Shown in pieces: positions 55,999 through 64,000 of a DNA stretch of 64,000 nt. Both the position numbers and the translations under genes were made by a program. Numbering within the stretch: position 1 is the first letter of the stretch; each line of letters starts with the position of its first letter. The notes beneath the pieces are model-generated. The model ran no database searches. It worked only from the letters and a program-made list of their open reading frames with translations, and was not told the origin of the DNA. The DNA comes from Planctomycetota bacterium (GTDB lineage: Bacteria > Planctomycetota > UBA1135 > UBA2386): assembly GCA_965228735.1 (NCBI GenBank), contig OZ245838.1:1888001-1952000 (forward strand), read 5' to 3'.

Positions 55999-58110
55999 AT
56001 GCCGATCTCTCCCGACCCGCGTAGCGCCCGCCGCCTCTCCCTGCACCTGCTCCCCTTGATCCTCGTCGGCGCGACAAGCTGCAGCGGCAGCGGTGGCTCG
56101 GCCCCACCCGCACGACACCCAGAACTCGCGATCGGCTTCCCCTCCGACGGCGCGGTCACGACCGCCCCGCAGGTCACCGTGCGTGGCATCGCATCCCAGC
56201 CAGTCACCGCGGTCGTCGTGGACGGACTGGCCGCGAACACCGCCGACGCGTTCCAGAACTGGCAGGCGATCGCGCAGCTCGGGCAGGTTCCGCGCCGGCT
56301 GGCGATCGAGTTCCAGACCGATCCCACGAGCCCCTTGTTGCCCGCAACGACCCTCGGACTGCGGCGGGTCGGCGGCTTGCTCGAAGCCCCGACCAGCATG
56401 GCGTTCGGCCCCGGGGGCCAAGCCGTGGTCTTCGACGACGCGATCGGCGCGCTGCTCGAGATCGACGTGCCGGGTGCCGGCAATCGCGTGGTCAGCGACG
56501 CCGAGCGCGGCACGGGCCCCGCACTCGGCAGCATCGGCGACGCGGTCTACGATCCGACCGGCACGGCGATCTACGCCATCGCCCCCCCGGATCGGGTCTA
56601 CGAGATCGACGTCGCCACCGGCAACCGAACGCTGTTACCCGATCCGACGACGGCCGGGTTGTTCTGGAACCCCGGGGCGCTCGCGCTCGACGCCGCCCGC
56701 AATCGTCTGCTCGTCGCGGGCGGGTTCTACAACGATCTGATCGCGATCGAACTCGATGCCGCGAGCCGCGGTCGCAGGACGCGCGTTTCGGGCAACGGTG
56801 CCGGGTCGGGGATCGCCCTGCGGCGGCCGGAGGATCTCGCGGTCGACGAAGTCGGCTCCCGCGCCCTCGTCGTGTGTGAGGACACGCAGAACGTCATCGC
56901 CATCGACGTGGTCGACCTCGGGCTCGGCGTCGGCCACCGCGAAGAAGTGCGCGGTGGATTCATCGAGCCGAGCGGGATCGCGATCGACCCGCAGACGCAA
57001 CGCGTCTACGTCGTCGACACCGGCAACAGCGCGCTGTACGAGCTGCCGAGCCTGGGCGGGTTGCGCATCGTCGCGGGCGGGTTTCAGAGCGCCGGCAACG
57101 GCCCGACGCTGATGCGACCGCGACGGGTCGACTTCGCACCAGGAGCCGTGAAGGCGACCGTTCTCGACACGACGGGCAACGCGCTCGTCGACGTCGACGT
57201 GGACTCGGGCGACCGTTCGATCCGTCACCGCCCGGGCGCGGCGACCGGCCCCGAGCCGATCGCACCCCGCGGCATCTGCCGCGACGTGGCGGCCCAGCGC
57301 GCCCTCCTCGTCGACCGCGCCCGCGCCATCGTCCTGGCCATCGACCTCGTGACCGGCGAACGCACCGTCTTCTCGAGCGGGCAGGTCAACTCGAGCGTCG
57401 GCACCGGCCCCGGGTTCGAGGCCCCGGCGGCGATCGCGCTCGACCCGACCCGCGGCCGGGTTCTCGTGACCGACCTCGATCACGTCATCGCCGTCGACCT
57501 GGTGAACGGCGATCGCACGGCCTTGACCGGAGCGCTCAGCGGGCAGGTGCCACCACAAGAGTTCGTGCATCTCGACATCGACGACGGTCAGACCGCGCTG
57601 CTGGCCACGGCAACGGAGCTGTGGACCCTCGACCTCGAAACCGGCCTGGCCGAGGTCGCGAGCTCGAGCATCCGCGGTGCGGGCGCCGTGTTCACCTCGA
57701 TCCACGGCATCGCCGCCGACCCGACGAACCGTCGCGCGATCGCCCTCGCGACGACGGCCACGGGCGACGGCCTGTTCGGCGTCGACGTGACCACCGGCAA
57801 CCGAATCCAGCTGTCCGGCGCCACGGTCGGCGGCGGTCCGCCGCTCAGCAGCGCACAGGCTCTGACGTACGATGCATCGACTGGCCTCGCGTGGGTGAAG
57901 AACGACACCAGCATCCTGACCGTTGCGACCGGCACGGGCGTCCGATTCGAGATCGCCGGGCCAGGTCGGGGCAACGGGCCGGCGCTGAGCCATGCCGCGG
58001 CAATGTGCTTCGGCGCGACGAACGACACCCTGCTCGTCAGTGCGAGCACGATTGCCGGGGTTCTCGCGATCGACCGACCGAGCGGTGAGCGCGTGTTGAT
58101 GTCACGGTGA
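55999..58110 (+). CDS. Lipoprotein with beta-propeller (NHL/YVTN-like) repeats
   Basis: ATSC lipobox; repeated ID..TG.R..S....G.GP; divergent from the ECF gene. Confidence 0.8.
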   Translation: MPISPDPRSARRLSLHLLPLILVGATSCSGSGGSAPPARHPELAIGFPSDGAVTTAPQVTVRGIASQPVTAVVVDGLAANTADAFQNWQAIAQLGQVPRRLAIEFQTDPTSPLLPATTLGLRRVGGLLEAPTSMAFGPGGQAVVFDDAIGALLEIDVPGAGNRVVSDAERGTGPALGSIGDAVYDPTGTAIYAIAPPDRVYEIDVATGNRTLLPDPTTAGLFWNPGALALDAARNRLLVAGGFYNDLIAIELDAASRGRRTRVSGNGAGSGIALRRPEDLAVDEVGSRALVVCEDTQNVIAIDVVDLGLGVGHREEVRGGFIEPSGIAIDPQTQRVYVVDTGNSALYELPSLGGLRIVAGGFQSAGNGPTLMRPRRVDFAPGAVKATVLDTTGNALVDVDVDSGDRSIRHRPGAATGPEPIAPRGICRDVAAQRALLVDRARAIVLAIDLVTGERTVFSSGQVNSSVGTGPGFEAPAAIALDPTRGRVLVTDLDHVIAVDLVNGDRTALTGALSGQVPPQEFVHLDIDDGQTALLATATELWTLDLETGLAEVASSSIRGAGAVFTSIHGIAADPTNRRAIALATTATGDGLFGVDVTTGNRIQLSGATVGGGPPLSSAQALTYDASTGLAWVKNDTSILTVATGTGVRFEIAGPGRGNGPALSHAAAMCFGATNDTLLVSASTIAGVLAIDRPSGERVLMSR

Positions 58111-58200
58111 CCGGATCGGTCACCGGTGCCGCGGATCCACGCTCCCCGCCTCGTTCACCGGGATCCGACCGTCGCGCACATCGACCAGCACCCGTTCCGC

Positions 58201-59910
58201 TCAGCGCTGCCGTCGACCGCGGCGAGACTCGAAGGCACCCGCGTCCGGACGCGCCCCCCTTCGTTCGCCGTCCATGTCGTCGGCCACCGGGGCGGGCTTG
58301 CCATGATCGATCGCCGGCGAGCCCGGTCGCGGGCGCCAGTCCGTCGGTGAGGTGAATCGCGGGTCGACGCCGACGAGGTTTCCCGACTCGTCGTAGAGCG
58401 CGGCGTTGCCGTGCGCGATGACCGCGTTGTCGACGTTCGGGGCCCACATGAGGCAGTTGCGGATGGGAACCGGGTCACCCTCGTGCGCGGCGACGCTGCC
58501 CAGCCGGAAGTTGCCAACCGACTCGTTCATCGTGTGCGCGGTGCAGTGATAGATCGCACAACCGGCGGGCACCTGGCCCTCTCCGCGCTTCTGGATCTGC
58601 ACCCCATAGCGACTTCGCCGATCCGTTGCGTCGACGCCGAACGTGCAATTGCGCACGGTCATCTGCCGCCCCCATAGCATGATCGCCGTAGCAGTCCGGT
58701 CTCGCAGCGTGAACCGGCAGCGCTCCACGATGACGTCCCGGACCCGTTCATCGCGAGAGGGACTCGCGGTACCGAAGCCGCATCCCCAATCGCTCGTGAC
58801 CTCGATCCGGCAATCGCGGACCACGATCTCTCGACTGACGTCATCCGGATCGCCACCGAACGGTCGCGAGTGGGCCTTGATCACGTGCTTCTTCGCGCCG
58901 GAGCCAGCGAGCTCGCACCCGGACACCACGAGGCGCTCGGAATACGGGAAGCGCAGGACGTGCTGCTTCATCGGCTCCCGGCTCACGATGCGGCAATCGA
59001 GCCATGCGCCGCCGCGCGCGCTGAAGTAGCAACCGTACTCCCAGCTGTCCACGAACTCACAGTTCGCCACCGTTGCGTTGGAGTGCGTATCGACATCGAA
59101 GTAGTCCGGCACGCTGTCGCCCCACGACACCGCGGTCTCGAATCCGGTCCCGCGACAACGGTAGAGCAACACGTCCTCGATGCGGTAGCCGACCCCGAAC
59201 AGGTCGCCCGGCGTCTCGGCCGACGAGCGGAACGTGATGTCCGTCACCCGCAGATCCCTGCACTCCACCCGCCTGCCGCTGCCGAAGACCAGCAGCGCCC
59301 CGCCGTGGTTTGCCACGACGACCGGGTTGTTGTCGCAAAGACCACGGCCGTCCGCACGCGTGCCGACCCCGAACGCCCCCAGGATCCACGGTCCCGAGCC
59401 ACCCGAGACGGATGCCCGAGACGTTGCGGTGAAGGTGTCGCCCCGCGCCAGGAGGACGCGCTTGCCCGCCTCGAGGTGCGCGATCACCGTGTCGAAGGAC
59501 GACGTCGTTACGCGTTTCGCGCGGGCCGGTGCGCCCTGGAAGTCCTTGTCGTTCGAGCAGACGACCGTGTCCTTCCCCGCGAACACCTCGTTCGGGTCGG
59601 CAACGGTGATCCGCGTCGTTGCTGAAGAACTCCCGCCGCCTGGTCTGGTGACGGTCAACGACACCGTGTAGCGGCCCGGAAGATCGAAGACGTGCGCCGC
59701 GACGGGACCGGACGAGTCGCCGCCGTCGCCCCACTGCCACGCATAGTGCAGGTCGTGGAACGGGCGCTGCACGCCGTCGGCCGTCGTCCCGATCGCATGG
59801 AAGTGGACGGCCAGCGGCGCGACACCCGACGTTCGGCTGGCGGTCAACGAAACCGTCTGCGCTCCAACCGTGACGGCGAAGCAGAACAACGCCAGGGCAG
59901 CGCGCACCAT
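58201..59910 (-). CDS. Secreted PKD plus beta-helix protein, paralog of prophage 1744-3480
   Basis: Signal MVRAALALFCFAVTVGAQ; colinear conserved blocks with the phage protein along the full length. Confidence 0.85.
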   Translation of the reverse strand: MVRAALALFCFAVTVGAQTVSLTASRTSGVAPLAVHFHAIGTTADGVQRPFHDLHYAWQWGDGGDSSGPVAAHVFDLPGRYTVSLTVTRPGGGSSSATTRITVADPNEVFAGKDTVVCSNDKDFQGAPARAKRVTTSSFDTVIAHLEAGKRVLLARGDTFTATSRASVSGGSGPWILGAFGVGTRADGRGLCDNNPVVVANHGGALLVFGSGRRVECRDLRVTDITFRSSAETPGDLFGVGYRIEDVLLYRCRGTGFETAVSWGDSVPDYFDVDTHSNATVANCEFVDSWEYGCYFSARGGAWLDCRIVSREPMKQHVLRFPYSERLVVSGCELAGSGAKKHVIKAHSRPFGGDPDDVSREIVVRDCRIEVTSDWGCGFGTASPSRDERVRDVIVERCRFTLRDRTATAIMLWGRQMTVRNCTFGVDATDRRSRYGVQIQKRGEGQVPAGCAIYHCTAHTMNESVGNFRLGSVAAHEGDPVPIRNCLMWAPNVDNAVIAHGNAALYDESGNLVGVDPRFTSPTDWRPRPGSPAIDHGKPAPVADDMDGERRGARPDAGAFESRRGRRQR

Positions 59911-59989
59911 GACCGCGAGCATACCGCGGAGTGAAGTTGCGCGCTCGCTGCTCCGGCGAGAGCAGCCGCGACCTCGGCGGTCGACGCCG

Positions 59990-61288
59990 TCAGCGATCCG
60001 CATCACGCGACCGCCGATACCCGGCGAGCGTCGTCTCCAGATGCGCATGCAGCGGCGCCCGCCGTGCCTTGTCGATCTGCACGCCGCGCGGCAACCGGCC
60101 GCGGGTCAGCCCCTGATGCAGCCGCCGCAGCACGCGCGCGCGCAGTGGCTCGGGCAGGGCCGCGAACGCCCGCGAGTGCACCATCGGCGAGAGTGGATAC
60201 TCGAACGTGCGGTCCCCGAGGTCGAGCCGGCCGAGGCGCATGCCGTCGGCGCCTGCGGGCCACAGCGACTCGAATGCGCGCGCGAACGTCGGGTCCGACG
60301 CCGCGCCGAGCCCCGCGAGCGTCATCTCACCGCCGAGGAACAGATCCCGCGTGATGTCGTGGGCCAGCGTTTCGAGGATCTCGGCGGTCCGTTCGCGCAG
60401 ACCGGTCGTGCCGTCGACCGCGTTCATCGCCCGATCGTCCGCGAGCAGACAGCGCACCTGCAGGCTGGCGCGGATCATCCGGTTGTGCACCGTCACCTGC
60501 TGTTCGAGCGCGAGCAGCGCGCCGATGTCGCTCGTCGCGGCGAGGTAGTCCGCGGCCTCGAACTCGGAGAACGCCCGCAGGTCGTTCGCCGGCGCGCTAT
60601 CGACGCGCCAACGCCCGTCCTCGTCGCGCGCGGCGATGCCGTTGCCACGGTGCGCGCCGTCGAACCGGCCGGTGACGAGCCAGCCGCCCCACCGGTGTTC
60701 GTGCGGCGTGCGAATCGTCACGCTGTCCTCGCCCGCGCTCGCGATCGGGTTGCCGTCCTCGTCGGGAAACACCGACCGCAACAGCAACCCGGGCTCGTCG
60801 TGCGTTCGTGATCCGGCGTGACAACGCAGACACGAGTCGTTGCGGCGCAGCACGGCCGGCTCGTGCGGGGCCTGCGGCAGTTCGTAGAACACGAGCCCGA
60901 GTCGGGCGTCGCTCGCCGCGATCTCGAGATTGTGCGCCCCCGGCGACCACGCGACGTAGACGTCGGGGCCGAAGTAGAGCGCGCGCGGCGACGCGGGCGA
61001 GATGCGATGGCGTTGCAGGCTGGTCTTGCTGAAGACCAGGACCTGGCTCGACTCCGGCACGGCGAGCTCGCGGAGCAGCGCCCGCAGTCGACCGCTCGCC
61101 CCCGCGGCCTCGAGCTGGACGTCCCCGCTCTCGATCCGGCGGTTGAGCGCGGTGATCGCGTTGTCGTCCGCGGCCCGGCGATAGCCGACGGCGCGGCGCG
61201 TGTGGAAGGCCTGCGTCAGCACCGCGTCCGCCGACACGAGGCAGGCCCCGATCATCAGGGCGAGGAGCCGGTTGGGTGGCGGAGGCAC
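59990..61288 (-). CDS. Exported c-type cytochrome-like protein
   Basis: Signal peptide, single CLRCH, SQVLVFSKTSLQ, RWGGW.VTG. Confidence 0.7.
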   Translation of the reverse strand: MPPPPNRLLALMIGACLVSADAVLTQAFHTRRAVGYRRAADDNAITALNRRIESGDVQLEAAGASGRLRALLRELAVPESSQVLVFSKTSLQRHRISPASPRALYFGPDVYVAWSPGAHNLEIAASDARLGLVFYELPQAPHEPAVLRRNDSCLRCHAGSRTHDEPGLLLRSVFPDEDGNPIASAGEDSVTIRTPHEHRWGGWLVTGRFDGAHRGNGIAARDEDGRWRVDSAPANDLRAFSEFEAADYLAATSDIGALLALEQQVTVHNRMIRASLQVRCLLADDRAMNAVDGTTGLRERTAEILETLAHDITRDLFLGGEMTLAGLGAASDPTFARAFESLWPAGADGMRLGRLDLGDRTFEYPLSPMVHSRAFAALPEPLRARVLRRLHQGLTRGRLPRGVQIDKARRAPLHAHLETTLAGYRRSRDADR

Positions 61289-61342
61289 GATGATTTCAAT
61301 CTACCCGGACCCTGCCGGCGGCGCATCCGGAGCGCGACGGCG

Positions 61343-62371
61343 TCACGCGCCAGCCACGGCCTGGCCGCTCCCGGCCGAGTCCGCCTGATCCGACATGCCG
61401 CCCATGGGGTCGTTCGAGTCCGTTCCCGGGGTGATCTGGCCCGGGGTGATCTGGCCCGGGGTGATCTGGCCCGGGGTGATCTGGCCCGGGGTGATCTGGC
61501 CGAGCGTGATTCGGCTCGCGGCGATCTCCCGGAACGCCGGCAGCAGCTCCGCCAGGCGCTCGGGGTTCGCCGCGACGAACAACCTGGCATAGTGGCGACC
61601 GGCACGTTCCTGGCTCGCGTCGAGCCCGGCGCTTTCGAGCACGTCGACGATGCCGCGCTGCTCCTCCTGGTCGAAGAACCGCCGCTGTGGCAGCAACACG
61701 TCGTCGACCTCACGCGTCACCAGCCCGAAGCGCTGGAGACAGCTCGCGATCGGTGCGGGGTCGAAGACCCGGAGCACCGTGAAGAGGAACACCGCGTCGC
61801 GCGCACCGTCGCCGAGTTGCCGCAGGAGCACGTCGATCGTGCGCTCCGTCACGTAGCCGATCGCACCGGTCGCCAGCAGCAGATTGACGGGCCGGACCCA
61901 CTCGGCATCGTCGGGCGCCAGTGCCGCGCCATCCCCTTCGAGGTCCGCGACGATGCCTCGATCGAGCAACCCGACGCGCTGCGCGAACCGAACGGCCGGG
62001 GTCGAGACATCGAGCCCGATGCACTCCATGTCCACCGCGAGACGGGCCGCAGCCAGGCCGGCGCGCGTCGCCTCGACTGCCGCCTCCGGTTCTCTCGGCC
62101 CGTGAATGGCGAAGTAGCGCGCGAGTTCGGCGAACGACAGACCGTGCCGCACGGCCGCGGAGTTGATGCCGTAGCTGCAGCCGATGTCGAGCATGCGAAC
62201 GCGGGCATCCCAGCGCCGCAGCAGGCCCGCGGCAGCCACAACGAACGGGCGCGCCTCGTCGCAGATGCTGTAGTCGAGCTTCACGAGCTCGCCAAAGTAA
62301 CCGTGTGGCGTGGGCTGCGTGTAGATGTCGTCGAACGAGGCCTTCGCGTCGTTGGCGGGATCGGTGTTCAT
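61343..62371 (-). CDS. Class I SAM-dependent methyltransferase-like protein
   Basis: LDIGCSYGINSA, GLDVS, TGAIGY. Confidence 0.75.
   Translation of the reverse strand: MNTDPANDAKASFDDIYTQPTPHGYFGELVKLDYSICDEARPFVVAAAGLLRRWDARVRMLDIGCSYGINSAAVRHGLSFAELARYFAIHGPREPEAAVEATRAGLAAARLAVDMECIGLDVSTPAVRFAQRVGLLDRGIVADLEGDGAALAPDDAEWVRPVNLLLATGAIGYVTERTIDVLLRQLGDGARDAVFLFTVLRVFDPAPIASCLQRFGLVTREVDDVLLPQRRFFDQEEQRGIVDVLESAGLDASQERAGRHYARLFVAANPERLAELLPAFREIAASRITLGQITPGQITPGQITPGQITPGQITPGTDSNDPMGGMSDQADSAGSGQAVAGA
61426..61515. repeat. 15-bp tandem repeat (encodes GQITP)
   Basis: CCGGGGTGATCTGGC, five perfect copies plus one degenerate. Confidence 0.95.
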
Positions 62372-62724
62372 CGGGTCGCGCAAGGGTCGGAGGAACGAAC
62401 TCTGGAGAGCGGCGAACTAGAGAACGCCATCGTGACGCAACACGCCGAGCAGTGCCGACGGACATCGCCAACCGCAACGCTCACGCATCGCGGCGACCGG
62501 CCGACGCGCTCGCGCGCCGGCATTCTCGTCGTCAGCCGCAACGCCTCGCAGCTCCACCCCGAAACTCGCCCTGGGCGATCGGGGAAGCCGCACGTCGCGC
62601 GAAAAAGTCTCTCGGCTCCCAGCATCGCACATGACATCCGCATTGCAAGAACTGCTCGTTCCCGTCGCGCCGTGGTAACGTCGAGCTCATCGGCACGCAG
62701 ATCGTGGCGCGTCGATTCGCGCTC

Positions 62725-64000
62725 ATGATCGCAACGCCCGAATCGACCAGTTCGACAGCGACCGGCACGCAGACCATCGACTCACCGACTGCCCCGGCAG
62801 TGGCGCGACCGCGCTTCGCGGCCATCGCAACGACGAGCGCAATCGCGGCAGCCGTCACGTTCATCGCGCTGTGGCTCACGCTGCGCAAAGGCCTCGCGGT
62901 CGGCCCCGATGCGTGGACCTACTGGGGTGCGTCGATCGCACTGCTCCAAGGCGAAGGCTACGTGAACGCGCACGGCCTGCCCGTGCAGAGCTGGCCGCCG
63001 CTCTACGCGACCTGGCTCGCGGCAGTGCAGTCGGTCTTCGGCGTGTCGATCGCGAGCGTGCGGCTCGCGGACTGCATCACGACGGCGGTCGCGGCGGCGG
63101 CGTTCACGGCCTGGGCCCTGCGCCGCGGCGCGAGTGCGACGAGCCGGCGCTGGCCGGTCGCCGTGTTCGTGGCCGCGCTCCTCGTGCTGCAGGTCCGCGG
63201 GCTCTCGCCGAACGCGCTCGTCCTCGCGCTGCTCGGCATGCTGCTGCTGGCCCTCGACCGTCTCGGCGCGGTTCGGCGCGTCGGCCCGCGACTGCTGCTG
63301 ACCACCCTCGCGAGCCTGCTCGCGGCCGGCATGTGCCTCAGCCATCACATCGCGCTCGCGCTCGTCTTGTCCGTGCCGCTGATCGTGCTCCATCCTCGTC
63401 GCCGCGCCCCCCTCCCGACGCGCCTCGTCACCGCGGCCGTCATCGTCGGTATCGCGCTCGCGACGTGGTGGAGCGTGCGGATCGCGCTCGGACAGAGCGA
63501 CAGCCATGGCTTCCTCAACAGCAACCGCGAGCTGTTCGACACGCTGTGGTACGCCACGCGCCAGGTCGGTCGACTGCTCGCGCCGTTCCCGATCGGGATC
63601 ATCACGTTCGCCCTGCTGCTCGGTGCACTCGCCCGGCGAACGCGCCAGCCCGATGCCGTGCTGTTCACCGGCTGCGCGCTCTGCGGTGTGCTCGGCATGT
63701 TCCTGCTCGTCCACGTCGCCGACCCGCCGGGCGCCCGCTTCATCGGCTTTGCCCCGCTCGTCGTCGGCGCCTTCGGAGTCGCGCTCGCGACCCGCATCGA
63801 GTCCCCCAAGCGCCGCTGGCTCGTGCTCGCCCTGCTCGTGCTGCCGCCGAGCGTTCGCGGCGCCCTGCACTTGCACGGCCGCGAGCAACCGACGAACGTC
63901 ACCCCGGACGGCGGCGTCGTCTTCGTGCCGCCGGAAGCAGCGCTCGACTGGCAGCGCCCCGCCGGCACCGAGCTCCCGGATGACCGCATCACGGTGACCG
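62725..64000 (+). CDS. Polytopic membrane protein, GT-C glycosyltransferase-like; runs off window
   Basis: Manual translation: TM1 then GPDAWTYW...G.GY...WPPLY, then many TM segments. Confidence 0.6.
   Translation, partial: MIATPESTSSTATGTQTIDSPTAPAVARPRFAAIATTSAIAAAVTFIALWLTLRKGLAVGPDAWTYWGASIALLQGEGYVNAHGLPVQSWPPLYATWLAAVQSVFGVSIASVRLADCITTAVAAAAFTAWALRRGASATSRRWPVAVFVAALLVLQVRGLSPNALVLALLGMLLLALDRLGAVRRVGPRLLLTTLASLLAAGMCLSHHIALALVLSVPLIVLHPRRRAPLPTRLVTAAVIVGIALATWWSVRIALGQSDSHGFLNSNRELFDTLWYATRQVGRLLAPFPIGIITFALLLGALARRTRQPDAVLFTGCALCGVLGMFLLVHVADPPGARFIGFAPLVVGAFGVALATRIESPKRRWLVLALLVLPPSVRGALHLHGREQPTNVTPDGGVVFVPPEAALDWQRPAGTELPDDRITVT

Noticed and set aside
61426..61515. CRISPR array
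   Set aside because: Head-to-tail 15-bp units with no spacers, inside a CDS; no cas genes.

Overview
High-GC bacterial DNA, most likely Planctomycetota (DUF1580-like genes, an ECF-sigma/Ser-Thr-kinase pair, large exported repeat proteins), in four blocks. (1) 1-~17.9 kb is the right part of a BPP-1/epsilon15-like podovirus prophage, entirely on the minus strand: capsid, scaffold, portal, terminases, RusA, replication initiator, RdgC-like and methylase genes. A cassette between portal and scaffold encodes an RcGTA-type head-spike base, a PKD/beta-helix protein that is a close paralog of a host secreted protein ~55 kb away, and a stand-alone ethylene-receptor-like membrane domain. (2) 17,898-34,109 is a 16.2-kb element bounded by 30-bp direct repeats of a tmRNA-type 3' end. 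It carries an integrase, an AlpA-like gene, a primase-helicase, its own helper-type scaffold, TerS and TerL, but no capsid, portal or tail. This is a candidate undescribed phage-satellite type, with putative defence cargo. (3) 34.1-37.8 kb holds a frameshifted IS256 and an orphan DNA methyltransferase locus. (4) 37.9-64 kb holds host genes. All family assignments come from motif recognition by eye; no database search was run.
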